Shown here: in pieces, positions 50,146-60,010 of the stretch
Layout of the letters: the number at the start of each line of letters is the position of its first letter
Position numbering within the stretch: position 1 is the stretch's first letter
Assembly: GCA_964510925.1 (NCBI GenBank)
Contig: CAZEDS010000004.1
Location: forward strand, 500 to 64,499
DNA from: an uncultured Candidatus Saccharibacteria bacterium
Lineage (GTDB): Bacteria > Patescibacteriota > WWE3 > 2-01-FULL-39-13
DNA: 64,000 nt
Reading direction: 5' to 3'
Notes under the pieces: generated by a model
Databases searched by the model: none
Told to the model about the DNA's origin: nothing
What the model saw: the letters and a program-made list of their open reading frames with translations, nothing else
Position numbers and translations under genes: made by a program

Positions 50146-50220
50146 TGGTGACCCTACGGGGAATCGAACCCCGATTTACAGGATGAGAACCTGCTGTCCT
50201 AACCGTTAGACGATAGGGCC
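50146..50220 (-). tRNA. tRNA-Glu(CTC)
   Basis: GGCCCTA acceptor stem, anticodon arm GCAGG-TTCTCAT-CCTGT, GGTTCGATTCC, encoded CCA. Confidence 0.95.
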
Positions 50221-50551
50221 TTTTATCAATCTATAATGACCATTATAGGCGTTTTTGACTATCAAAATGATAACATACGTTTTATTTACTTTTAACCTTT
50301 ACCAGACCCTTTAGGGCTTGTCAGAACCAATTGTCTTAGCTATAATTCCTGTTCTAGTGTTCTAGACCGATTAATTGTTTGATACGGTTAGTTGACTAGT
50401 TTGCACTAAATAGTAAAATTTTAAAGTTCAAATCGAACATTGCTGGATACCTTAATCCATAGTAATTAAGGGTTAAATCAAATTTAACTGTTATCGCAAT
50501 ATTTACATAAAGTTGGAGTGTTTGTTTTTGAACACATTGAAAGGAATTTAT

Positions 50552-51025
50552 ATGGATAAAAAAATATTATTAACTAAAACAGGATACGAGGATTTAAAGA
50601 TAGAGCTTGATAAGCTTATAAATGTTGAATACCCACATGTTTTGGAGCAGTTGAATCTTGCTCGATCGATGGGTGATCTTAAGGAAAATGGTATGTTTAC
50701 CGTTATGAAAGAAAAACAACTTCAAGTACAAGGTCGAATGGCTGAACTCGAAGAGATTCTTAAGAATGCGGAAATCGTAGACAATAGCGATTCATCAAAT
50801 AGCTCGAAACGAGTTGTTAGTTTTGGCTCAAAAGTCCATTTAGAGTCTGAAAAACAAAAAGTTGCTTACTCAATTGTTGGTTCAGAAGAGGTTAATGCTA
50901 CACTAGGTAAAATCTCGCACGAGTCTCCAATTGGACAAGCTTTGCTAGGAAAAGTTGTCGGAGATGTTGTTGAGGTTAAGATTCCGATGGGTACTATCAA
51001 ATACAAGATTATTGATATTGCCTGA
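50552..51025 (+). CDS. greA: transcription elongation factor GreA
   Basis: LTKTGY, ARSMGDLKEN, ISHESPIGQALLG. Confidence 0.9.
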   Translation: MDKKILLTKTGYEDLKIELDKLINVEYPHVLEQLNLARSMGDLKENGMFTVMKEKQLQVQGRMAELEEILKNAEIVDNSDSSNSSKRVVSFGSKVHLESEKQKVAYSIVGSEEVNATLGKISHESPIGQALLGKVVGDVVEVKIPMGTIKYKIIDIA

Positions 51026-51050
51026 TTTTATGATATTTTGATATAGAGCA

Positions 51051-51515
51051 ATGACAAAAGGACAAACATTTATAACAGAAGAAGGTTACAAAAAATTAAA
51101 GGAAGAACTAGAGGCTTTGAGAAATGAATCTAGAGTTACGGTTGCTAAAAAAATACAAGAAGCTAGAGAGATGGGCGGAGTAGAAGAAAACCCAGCATAC
51201 GATGTTGCTGTAGAGCAATTTGGTTTTATCGAAGGTCGAATTTCAGAAATCGAAGATGTATTAGCAAATACAACAATTGCTGAAGTCGATAAGAGCGCTA
51301 GTGTTGTTGAATTAGGTGCAAACGTTGTTGTAGAATTTTCTGGTAAAAAAGATACCTTTAGAATTGTTAGTTCAGTTGAGGCCGATCCTACAAAGAGATT
51401 GATTTCAGTAGAATCTCCAGTTGGAAAAGCTTTGCTTGGTGCCAAAAAAGGTGATGTAGTTGTTGTTAAAACACCAGTCATCGTGGCCCATTACAAAATA
51501 ATTGAAATAAAATGA
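51051..51515 (+). CDS. greA: second GreA-family paralog
   Basis: ITEEGY, AREMGGVEENPAY, ISVESPVGKALLG. Confidence 0.85.
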   Translation: MTKGQTFITEEGYKKLKEELEALRNESRVTVAKKIQEAREMGGVEENPAYDVAVEQFGFIEGRISEIEDVLANTTIAEVDKSASVVELGANVVVEFSGKKDTFRIVSSVEADPTKRLISVESPVGKALLGAKKGDVVVVKTPVIVAHYKIIEIK

Positions 51516-52879
51516 ATTTTTACAGAGATTACCAATTTGATTTAAACAGATTATCACAGAGCGAAAAAGACGCTGTTGTTCTGATGAAAAAAATGTTGGT
51601 TATCACAGGAGATATTTATAATTTACAATTAGACAAATCTTTTGCAGGTTCAAATTTTTATCCAAAAGATACAAATAAAGATGAGCTTATAGCAGCTTCT
51701 TTAAATGACTCTTCAATTTTAGACCCATATACAGTAGTGAAAAGAGATCCTTCCGGAGCTCTATTTTCTGTCCCTTTTCATAAAGAATATGAACAGTATT
51801 TAAAGCAGATTTCAGATCTTGCTATCGAAGCTTCAAATTTAGATATTGAACCTCAAGTTAAAGATTACTTAAAGCAACTATCAAAAGCATGTTCTGATGA
51901 TAGTTGGGAAGATCTTGAAAATTTTTGGTTAAAGGTTGAAGGTAATAAATTAGATTTTCAATTAGCGCCAATCGAATCATATTTAGATGGAATGATGAGT
52001 ATTAAACACGCTTTTCAAGGTACTATTAGATTTTCATCTGAACGTTCTGATTTTAATCCAGAGAGATACATAGAAACTGTAAAAGCAATCAAATTAACTA
52101 ACATTGAATCAGTAGATACTTTAAAATCAAACACGTCAGTTCGAGTTGACGATTTGATTGCAGCAAGTGGACATCAATATGTTGTCCCAGCACGTGGGTC
52201 AAATTACCCAAATGATATTAATAAGGTTGCAGATTTTGGTACCAAAATTATTGTTTACACAGATAATATAATTAGAAGAGAAAAAGAATCTTTAATTCCT
52301 ACATTAAAAAGAATCTTGGATCAAGAAACTTTATCGCAATTTTCAGATGAAGATTTATTTGGCGCAGGAATTCGAAATGTTCTTGCACATGAAATCGCTG
52401 AAGGTTATATAAAATACCCAGATACTGTAAAAAGATTAAAGAATATGTATTTTCCTATTAGAGAATTACATTCTTCATTAATCGGTTTAAAGATTGCTTC
52501 ACATCATGTTTTGCAAGGTGCATTATCACACCGAGGTTATGAATCTATGCTATTAACATTATTTATTGGACGTGCTTTTAGCGATACTTTGAGAAATGAA
52601 AATCCTGCAAACACAAGCAGAGGTTTAACTTATTATGTACGTGGATATGTTGCTGCCTTTAATTATTTTTTGATGAATAATGCAGCTACTATTACTTCAG
52701 ATAAATTTTTAACGGTAGATTTTCCTAAAGTTTTTGCATGTTTGGATCAACTTTCACAAGAGATTGGTGATATAAAACGGGAAGGTACAGAAGTTACTGC
52801 AAATGAATTTTTCAAAAAATACGAACACTATGAATTTATAGATGCTTTTAGAGATCGACTAAAAGATATAAATTATTAA
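51512..52879 (+). CDS. dipeptidyl-peptidase III (M49)-like protein with altered zinc motif
   Basis: GSNFYP, DPYTVV, PIESYLD...K.AFQ, NYPND, HEIAEG. Confidence 0.65.
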   Translation: MNFYRDYQFDLNRLSQSEKDAVVLMKKMLVITGDIYNLQLDKSFAGSNFYPKDTNKDELIAASLNDSSILDPYTVVKRDPSGALFSVPFHKEYEQYLKQISDLAIEASNLDIEPQVKDYLKQLSKACSDDSWEDLENFWLKVEGNKLDFQLAPIESYLDGMMSIKHAFQGTIRFSSERSDFNPERYIETVKAIKLTNIESVDTLKSNTSVRVDDLIAASGHQYVVPARGSNYPNDINKVADFGTKIIVYTDNIIRREKESLIPTLKRILDQETLSQFSDEDLFGAGIRNVLAHEIAEGYIKYPDTVKRLKNMYFPIRELHSSLIGLKIASHHVLQGALSHRGYESMLLTLFIGRAFSDTLRNENPANTSRGLTYYVRGYVAAFNYFLMNNAATITSDKFLTVDFPKVFACLDQLSQEIGDIKREGTEVTANEFFKKYEHYEFIDAFRDRLKDINY

Positions 52880-52922
52880 TTCAAACGTAAATACAGCCTT
52901 TTTACATGATAAAATTGATCAC

Positions 52923-54446
52923 ATGAATGATCATAATACTTCAAACCAAGATTCACAGGCCGAAGGCCAACTTCCATTAGAAAGTTTAAGACAAATCCGA
53001 ATTGAAAAACTAAAAAAACTACAAGAACTCGGACTCGAACCATTTCCATCCAAATCAAATAGAACTCATAACATATCTGAAATAGTAGAAAATTTTGATC
53101 AACATGAAAATAATGAGGTAACAATTTGTGGTCGTTTAATGTCATGGCGAGAACACGGTGCATTAATTTTTGGTGATGTTCGTGATGCGAGCGGCAAAAT
53201 ACAACTTTATATAAAAACAGATGAAGTTAAGCCATTTGATAAAAATTCTCAAAATTTAGGATTAGAAAACTTTGGGTTATTAGATATCGGTGATTTTGTT
53301 GAAGCAACAGGTACAGTAACAAAAACAAAACGTGGTGAGATTTCTGTTTTGTTGCAGACGATTCGAATTTTAACCAAATCTATTAGACCAATGCCAAGCG
53401 CACATTTTGGTCTTAAAGATGAAGAAGATCGATATCGACAAAGATATGTTGATTTAGTTTTGAATCCTGAACTTAGAGATTTGTTTTTGAAAAAATCAAA
53501 ATTTTGGAATGCTGTCCGAAATTTTATGGTAAGCAAAAACTTTATCGAAGTAGAAACTCCAGTTTTAGAAAATAGTGCAGGAGGTGCAGATGCAACTCCA
53601 TTTGTAACTCATCATAACGCATTAGATATTGATGTATATTTGAGAATTTCTATGGGAGAGCTTTGGCAAAAAAGATTAATGGTAGGCGGTTTTGAAAAAA
53701 CATTTGAGCTAGGCAGACAATTCCGTAACGAAGGAATGAGTCGTGAACATTTGCAAGATTACACTCAAATGGAATTTTATTGGGCATATGCAAATTATAA
53801 AGATTCAATGGCCTTAGTCGAAGAAATGTATAAGTATGTTGCACAAGAAACTTTTGGTACTACAGTATTTAAAATAAATGGTTTCGATGTTGACTTGAAT
53901 AAAACTTGGGAACAAATAAATTATCGAGACATAATATTAGATCGACATAAAATTGATATCATGACAGCAACAAAAGATGATTTAGCAGCAAAAGCTCGAG
54001 AGCTAAAAGCTGAATTTGATTCAACTGCGGATCGTGGTCGTTTGATTGATTTAATTTGGAAAAACATTCGTAAAACAATTTCTGGTCCAGCATTTTTAGT
54101 CGGTCATCCAGTTGAAGTTTCACCATTGGCAAAGAGAGATTTATCAAGCCCAGATTTTACAGAACGCTATCAAATAATTTTAGCAGGAAGCGAAATGGGC
54201 AATGGGTATTCTGAGCTTAATGATCCAATCGATCAATCAGAGCGTTTTGAATCTCAACAAAAATTACGAGATGCAGGTGACTCAGAGGCTCAGATGCATG
54301 ATTATGATTTTGTTCGAGCACTTGAATACGGAATGCCTCCAGTTACAGGTTTTGGCGTGAGCGAAAGATTATTTTCATTTTTAGCGGATAAAACAATCCG
54401 TGAATGCGTACTGTTTCCTTTGTTAAAGCCTGAAGAGCATGCTTGA
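52923..54446 (+). CDS. lysS: lysyl-tRNA synthetase (class II)
   Basis: RYRQRYVDL, EVETP, FRNEG, NGYSELNDP, YGMPP..GFG. Confidence 0.97.
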   Translation: MNDHNTSNQDSQAEGQLPLESLRQIRIEKLKKLQELGLEPFPSKSNRTHNISEIVENFDQHENNEVTICGRLMSWREHGALIFGDVRDASGKIQLYIKTDEVKPFDKNSQNLGLENFGLLDIGDFVEATGTVTKTKRGEISVLLQTIRILTKSIRPMPSAHFGLKDEEDRYRQRYVDLVLNPELRDLFLKKSKFWNAVRNFMVSKNFIEVETPVLENSAGGADATPFVTHHNALDIDVYLRISMGELWQKRLMVGGFEKTFELGRQFRNEGMSREHLQDYTQMEFYWAYANYKDSMALVEEMYKYVAQETFGTTVFKINGFDVDLNKTWEQINYRDIILDRHKIDIMTATKDDLAAKARELKAEFDSTADRGRLIDLIWKNIRKTISGPAFLVGHPVEVSPLAKRDLSSPDFTERYQIILAGSEMGNGYSELNDPIDQSERFESQQKLRDAGDSEAQMHDYDFVRALEYGMPPVTGFGVSERLFSFLADKTIRECVLFPLLKPEEHA

Positions 54447-54969
54447 TTTATTTGAGGCGGATCCACTAAATGAAAATCCACAACTTAATATAGGAGATTT
54501 TATTCCTGACGTATTAAGATTGAGTGTTGATGAGCTTAAATCTTTAAAATCTTTGTATGAGGGGTTATATAGACCAGCATTAACAGATTTTGGTATTAAT
54601 CATTCATTTGTGCAGTTTGGATCAATTTATTTTTCTGATTTGAATCCTTGGATGATTAATCGAGTACGAAGTGGTATGCAACTTACGCAAAGCAAAATTT
54701 CTCAATATGATCCAACTGCGATTTGTTGTAGAGTCTTGGGAATTGATGGATGTAGTTTAACTGATCGCGAGTTATATATCGAATTAACACATTATCCTAA
54801 GGATAGTGAATCGAATACTCTTCGTGCACATATATCTCGTAGGGAGAATGGAACTATTGAAGCTGGAAGTTTACATGTTTTTGTGCCTGATATTTATTCT
54901 GAAACAGGTTGGAGAAATCTGAAAGAAGGAATTTTAAGGCAATCATCATATACTTATGAGTTTAAATAA
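54439..54969 (+). CDS. hypothetical protein
   Basis: 176-aa ORF overlapping both neighbours in the operon. Confidence 0.55.
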   Translation: MLDLFEADPLNENPQLNIGDFIPDVLRLSVDELKSLKSLYEGLYRPALTDFGINHSFVQFGSIYFSDLNPWMINRVRSGMQLTQSKISQYDPTAICCRVLGIDGCSLTDRELYIELTHYPKDSESNTLRAHISRRENGTIEAGSLHVFVPDIYSETGWRNLKEGILRQSSYTYEFK

Positions 54970-55558
54970 ACAAACCGCAATTGACCTTTTGCATAGCCAT
55001 ATGCAAAACATAAATTTAAGAAGGCACTGTTATGGCGTATCTGTATCAATGGGTGCAATTTATGATTATCTTCAATCAAAAGGAATGCTATTACCGACTG
55101 AACCGGTAAAAGAAGTTTGGGAGATTTTTGGAGTGTTACATGATTCTGATTACGAAATTACAAAAGATGATTGGACGAAACATACTTTAATAACATTGGA
55201 TTGGTTAAAAGAGATTGGTTACGATGTTGATTCTGATCCACTTTGTTTAGCAATCAAATCTCATAATAATAAAATTACAAATTTACGAGAGCCAGAAACT
55301 CAAATGGAATGGGCTCTGGAATGTTGCGATGAATTGAGTGGCTTTATAGTTGCCTGTGCATTAGTTATGCCAGACAAAAAATTAAAAGATGTCGATTTTG
55401 AATCTGTTAAAAAGAAATTTAGATCAAACGGCTTTGCAAAAGCCGTTGATCGTGAGCAAATTGCACAATGTTCACAACGATTGGGCATTGAGCTTGATGA
55501 TTTTATAAAAATAGTTTTAGATGGAATGAAATCAAATTCCGATTGGTTAGGATTATGA
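54956..55558 (+). CDS. HD-superfamily (HDIG-like) hydrolase
   Basis: LRRHC, GVLHDSDYE, AIKSHN, CDELSGFIVACAL, FAKAVDR. Confidence 0.85.
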   Translation: MSLNKQTAIDLLHSHMQNINLRRHCYGVSVSMGAIYDYLQSKGMLLPTEPVKEVWEIFGVLHDSDYEITKDDWTKHTLITLDWLKEIGYDVDSDPLCLAIKSHNNKITNLREPETQMEWALECCDELSGFIVACALVMPDKKLKDVDFESVKKKFRSNGFAKAVDREQIAQCSQRLGIELDDFIKIVLDGMKSNSDWLGL

Positions 55559-56520
55559 AAGCAGCAATTGAATATTCTAAAATCCAAGAGTTTTCAGAGC
55601 AATCAGGTATTTCATTAAAGAAAATATTTAAACTTGTTGAGCTCTTATCATTGAGCGAATCTGGAATTCAAAATTCAGAATTAATTAGGTCTACAGGATT
55701 ATCAAAGCAATCAATCAATTTATTTGAAAAAGCATTCACTCATTTTTTCAATCCAAATGTTAACGGTATTATCAGCTTTAATATAAAAGGAAAAGATTTA
55801 TATCAAACCTTAAAAACCCATCAATATATAAATGAATTAAAATTTAGCCGTGATGAATTAAATTTTATTGAATTTGCATTAGAGCAAAGGCCAGGTGCAC
55901 AAAGGGATTTTGATCAATTTTATGCTGATTTAGAAACTCCAATAAAAAGAGCCAAATATATGTCATCAAATTTTGATTTGCAAAATAAAAAAATTTTATT
56001 TATTGGTGATGATGACTTTGGTTCAATTGTTGCAGCAATAACAAAATTGCCTAGTCAAATTACAGTTTTAGAAATTGATAAAAATTTATTAAACGTAATA
56101 AAAAAAATCTCAGAAAAAAATAAATTGAATATTCAAACAGTTGAGTACGATGCTTTAAAAAAATTAGAGCCAAAATTTTATAATGCATTCGATATTGTTT
56201 TTATTGATCCGCCATACACTGAATCAGGCGTGAATTTATTTTTATCACGTGCAATTGATGCTTTAAAGCAAACTAATAATTGCGCAAAAATTTATTTGAA
56301 TTTTGGTGCAAGTGATTTGGCTCGTGAACGATATATTGGTATCCAAGAAATTATTAATAAATCAGGATTATATATGAGATCAATTAATGATAATTTTAGT
56401 CATTATTATGGAGCAGAGTCTATCGGTAGCCATTCGACTTTGTATGAACTTGAACGGACGCCAAAAACAAAGGCAATGATCTCAGGATCTTTTTCTGGGA
56501 AGATCTATACGAATGATTAG
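55555..56520 (+). CDS. branched-chain polyamine synthase (BpsA/DUF43-like aminopropyltransferase)
   Basis: RP...DFDQ, IGDDDFGS, LEID, DPPYT..G..LFLSR. Confidence 0.78.
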   Translation: MKAAIEYSKIQEFSEQSGISLKKIFKLVELLSLSESGIQNSELIRSTGLSKQSINLFEKAFTHFFNPNVNGIISFNIKGKDLYQTLKTHQYINELKFSRDELNFIEFALEQRPGAQRDFDQFYADLETPIKRAKYMSSNFDLQNKKILFIGDDDFGSIVAAITKLPSQITVLEIDKNLLNVIKKISEKNKLNIQTVEYDALKKLEPKFYNAFDIVFIDPPYTESGVNLFLSRAIDALKQTNNCAKIYLNFGASDLARERYIGIQEIINKSGLYMRSINDNFSHYYGAESIGSHSTLYELERTPKTKAMISGSFSGKIYTND

Positions 56521-56529
56521 GTCGATATT

Positions 56530-56856
56530 TTAGCTATTATTTTTATAAAATATCTCATTGATAACTGTAGTAAATTTTTGGGTTGTTAATCCTTTCTTAC
56601 AACATACTAGGTCTATGTGAACAAAATTGTATTCTGGCCAATAGTGGAGTGCTATATGTGATTCGCTTAGGATTCTAATTGTTGTATATCCGTGTGGGTC
56701 AAATTTATGCTCGAGTTTACCTAAAATTGTTAGATCAAGGTTTTGGCAAATTGTGTCTAATGCTATATCTAGCTCATTATTTGTATATTGCTTTTTGGTT
56801 GAAATTTCTTGAGTAAATTGTTGGTAGTATGGCTTCATTTTTTTGTTTGTAGACAT
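56530..56856 (-). CDS. speD: S-adenosylmethionine decarboxylase proenzyme
   Basis: HKFDPHG, LSESHIALHYWPE (self-cleavage E|S), HIDLVCC. Confidence 0.88.
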   Translation of the reverse strand: MSTNKKMKPYYQQFTQEISTKKQYTNNELDIALDTICQNLDLTILGKLEHKFDPHGYTTIRILSESHIALHYWPEYNFVHIDLVCCKKGLTTQKFTTVINEIFYKNNS

Positions 56857-56886
56857 TATACCGGTTTTCTTTGATATAATGTTGTA

Positions 56887-56995
56887 AAGCGTTGAAAAAG
56901 TCTAGCAGCTTTGGAGCTTAATTCTGTTGATACCTCGAGCGTCCCAGTTTTGGGAAAGGGGAGTGGCACCGCGGATCTTTTGATTCGTCTCCTCT
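56887..56995 (+). promoter_or_regulatory. T-box leader of serS
   Basis: GGGGAG-TGGCACC-GCG...CGT-CTCCTC antiterminator fold; TATAAT just upstream. Confidence 0.75.
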
Positions 56996-57017
56996 AGTTC
57001 ATATTTTTCATTTATAT

Positions 57018-58286
57018 ATGTTGGATATTAAGTTTATCCGTAACAACGTTCAGTTAGTTAGAGATGCTATAAAAAATAAGCAGCTCTTAAAAACTATAGA
57101 TTTAGATCGATTGCTGGAGCTCGATCAAAAGTTATCAACTTTAACCCTTGAGTTGAATGAATTGAGGTCAAAACGAAATCAACTTGATGATCAAATCAAA
57201 ACGACTAAAGATATTGAAGAAAAAAAGAAAATTATTGCTGAAGCTTCATTGTTAAAGCCTACGATTCAAGAAAAAGAGTCAAAAATAGCTGAATTAAAGC
57301 CTGAATTTGATGCGTTAATGCTTTGGGTTCCAAATCCACCAGCTGCAGATGTACCAATTGGTGAAGATGAATCAGGAAACAAAGTTTTGTATTCTAAAGG
57401 TAACAAACGAGAATACGACTTTGAACCAAAAGATCATATGGATTTAGCTGAGAATTTAGATATTCTTGATACAAAAAGAGGTTCAAAAATCGCAGGATTC
57501 AGAGGCTATTTTATAAAAGGCAAAGGTATGATTTTGGAACAAGCACTTTTGCGATATGCCTTGGATTTTATGGTTGAAAAGGGTTTTACACCAATGAATG
57601 TTCCAATAATGGTCGACAAAAGATGGTTAACAGGGACTGGGTATTTTCCATGGGGACAAGAAGATCATTATTATACTCAAGATGACGAAGCACTTGTCGG
57701 TACTGCAGAAGTTTCACTAACTGCATATTATGCGGATGAAACTTTAAATGAGTCTGATCTTCCAATTAAATTAACTGGTCAGTCATTATGCTTTAGACGA
57801 GAAGTTGGAAGCCACGGAAAAGATACAAAAGGTGTTTTTAGGGTTCACACTTTTAATAAAGTTGAACAAGTTGTTTTATTACCAGCCGATGAGGATTTAA
57901 CACGTGAATGGCACGATAAAATGCGTGATTATGCAGAAGAAATTTTGCAAGGCCTAGGTTTGCATTATCAAGTTTTGTTGATGTGCACAGGCGATATGGG
58001 CGCTGGGCAAAGAAGAAAATATGACATTGAAACTTGGTTTCCAGCTCAAAAAAAGTTTAGAGAAACTCATTCTGATTCATATTTTAATGATTTTCAAGCT
58101 CGAAGGCTAAACATGAAATATAAAACTAAAGATGGTGAAACCAAATATGTGTACACGTTGAATAACACGGTAGCCGCTACACCAAGGCTTTTGGCTGCAG
58201 TCATTGAAAACTATCAACAAAAAGACGGTACAATTTTAGTCCCAGAAGTTTTGCGAAAGTATACTGGTTTTGACGTTATTGATTGA
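57018..58286 (+). CDS. serS: seryl-tRNA synthetase
   Basis: MLDIKFIR, GTAEV, CFRREVG, RVHTFNKVEQ, YDIETW, TLNNT..ATPR. Confidence 0.97.
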   Translation: MLDIKFIRNNVQLVRDAIKNKQLLKTIDLDRLLELDQKLSTLTLELNELRSKRNQLDDQIKTTKDIEEKKKIIAEASLLKPTIQEKESKIAELKPEFDALMLWVPNPPAADVPIGEDESGNKVLYSKGNKREYDFEPKDHMDLAENLDILDTKRGSKIAGFRGYFIKGKGMILEQALLRYALDFMVEKGFTPMNVPIMVDKRWLTGTGYFPWGQEDHYYTQDDEALVGTAEVSLTAYYADETLNESDLPIKLTGQSLCFRREVGSHGKDTKGVFRVHTFNKVEQVVLLPADEDLTREWHDKMRDYAEEILQGLGLHYQVLLMCTGDMGAGQRRKYDIETWFPAQKKFRETHSDSYFNDFQARRLNMKYKTKDGETKYVYTLNNTVAATPRLLAAVIENYQQKDGTILVPEVLRKYTGFDVID

Positions 58287-58287
58287 T

Positions 58288-58899
58288 ATGACTGACGCAG
58301 AACTATCAAAATTGTTTGGTGGACCTGTAACAAGTATTAATCCTGATCACGTTGAAGGTCCAACAAATCTCGAGAATCTAGACGAAGCTGTAAAGCCAGT
58401 TAACAATGAGGAAGTACTGAGTCCTGCAAACCCAGAACTTATTGTAGCTTTTGCTGAAATGCAAAAGAATCCTTCAAGGTTTAAATTCTTAGATCAAGTT
58501 TATAAGATTTTTGACCTTTTGGGTGTTGAAGATTTTGAAGACGGAGAGCTACCCTCTTTGTATGCAAAGGCGATTTCTATTATTAATAGCGGTGGTTTGG
58601 GTACTAAGGTTTCGATTAGCTATCAATCTACAGAAGAAAAGACACTGGGTACTATTGTATTTAGCAATTTTTCTGGTGAAACTGTTGCGTTAAGTGTTTT
58701 TGATCCTCAGCATATTGATCGAATTACAAGGCTAAAACCGAGAATTGATTTTACAAGATTTTCGCCAGATTATACTTTTCAAACTTTAAAGCCAGATGAA
58801 TTTGCAAGTGAATACGAAGGACTGGAACAATTTATAACAAGTGCTAAAAATGATCCTAATACACAAATATATGTGAAAGATGTTAAAAGTCCTTATTAG
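58288..58899 (+). CDS. hypothetical protein
   Basis: ORF starting 1 nt after the serS stop. Confidence 0.55.
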   Translation: MTDAELSKLFGGPVTSINPDHVEGPTNLENLDEAVKPVNNEEVLSPANPELIVAFAEMQKNPSRFKFLDQVYKIFDLLGVEDFEDGELPSLYAKAISIINSGGLGTKVSISYQSTEEKTLGTIVFSNFSGETVALSVFDPQHIDRITRLKPRIDFTRFSPDYTFQTLKPDEFASEYEGLEQFITSAKNDPNTQIYVKDVKSPY

Positions 58900-58946
58900 T
58901 TGTTGGATTTGTTTGATTTGCATTAATTAAAAATTTTAAGCATAAT

Positions 58947-59219
58947 ATGTATATGCCAATTAATTCAATAAATAATGCTGGAGAGGATGCGGGTTTAGAA
59001 ACAGAATTTAATATTAAAGCAGCTAGAGAAGCTTTTGTTCAGTCCAATGGAATTGGTCCAATTTCTGAGTATGTTGCTGAACAGATTTTTGATGAAGGTC
59101 AGAATAAGACGCTTTTGAATGAGCTTGGTTTAAGTTCTGCAAAGATGTTAGATTTAATCTTCGGAAAAACTGAAGTTAAAGATTTCGATCCTGATGCTGG
59201 TAAAAACAAAAAGCCTTGA
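58947..59219 (+). CDS. small hypothetical protein
   Basis: 90-aa ORF; CATAAT directly before the ATG. Confidence 0.5.
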   Translation: MYMPINSINNAGEDAGLETEFNIKAAREAFVQSNGIGPISEYVAEQIFDEGQNKTLLNELGLSSAKMLDLIFGKTEVKDFDPDAGKNKKP

Positions 59220-59254
59220 AGTGTAAAAACTATTTTATTTGAGTATTTATAAAA

Positions 59255-59400
59255 TTCTGGGTCGCGTTTAGCATATGTGATTCGGTTGTTTTTCTCGTGT
59301 TGAGAAAAAAACTTGTCACGCTAAACGCGACCCACTTGAGTTATGGCTGATCGGCCATTTGGCACCTCCTTTATTTTTTTTTGCCCTCAAGAATTGCAGA
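59255..59400 (-). ncRNA. putative structured small RNA carrying an SD and a 5-codon ORF (MADQP)
   Basis: TTGACA-17-TACTCT promoter at 59406-59434; AGGAGGT-5nt-ATG GCC GAT CAG CCA TAA; 15-bp perfect stem 59258-59272 / 59320-59334. Confidence 0.55.
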
Positions 59401-59491
59401 CTTAAAGAGTATCATTTGAGTCTATTTGTGTCAACCCATAGTATGCAGGGTTTGTTAGTTTGAGGAGAGATTTTAGTGCTAAAATGTTTTA

Positions 59492-60010
59492 ATGGTGAAT
59501 TTCATGTTTAAAAGTGGTTTGTCGTTGCCAGTTTGGGCGGATTTGTTGAGTGATGGGCTTGTGGTTTTGTTGATTTTAGGTCTTATTATCTGGCTGTTTT
59601 TTAAGAATAAGGCTAAGCTGCCGGATTTTTTGGTTGCGATTTTTGTATCAGGATTTTTGTCTGAAGTTATAAAAGACTTTGTTAATAGGCCACGCCCGGT
59701 CTCAGTTTATACATATGAGGGGAGTGGGTTTCCTTCGACACACACGACTTTGGCTTTTATTGCATTTTTCTTCTTTTTGAATGTTTGTCATAGATTTGCA
59801 CATATTTGGAAAAGATCCCAACGAATTGCTTTTGACTCTTCGAGGCTTGTTCTTTTGACCTTGCTGTTAATTGGGTCAATTATGGTTGGTTTATTAAGAA
59901 TTATTGCTGAGGCACATTTTATTAGTGATGTAATTGGAGGAGCGGCTTTAGCGTTTTTAGTTTCTGTAGCTTTTATGTATTACGACGTTTCGGTTAGGAG
60001 AATCAAATGA
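59492..60010 (+). CDS. PAP2-family phosphatase
   Basis: K..VNRPRP, GFPSTH, R....HF.SDV.GG. Confidence 0.88.
   Translation: MVNFMFKSGLSLPVWADLLSDGLVVLLILGLIIWLFFKNKAKLPDFLVAIFVSGFLSEVIKDFVNRPRPVSVYTYEGSGFPSTHTTLAFIAFFFFLNVCHRFAHIWKRSQRIAFDSSRLVLLTLLLIGSIMVGLLRIIAEAHFISDVIGGAALAFLVSVAFMYYDVSVRRIK

Noticed and set aside
49865-50220. Prophage or genomic island integrated at tRNA-Glu
   Set aside because: The tRNA-end copies are under 300 bp from the tRNA, with no integrase or cargo between them.
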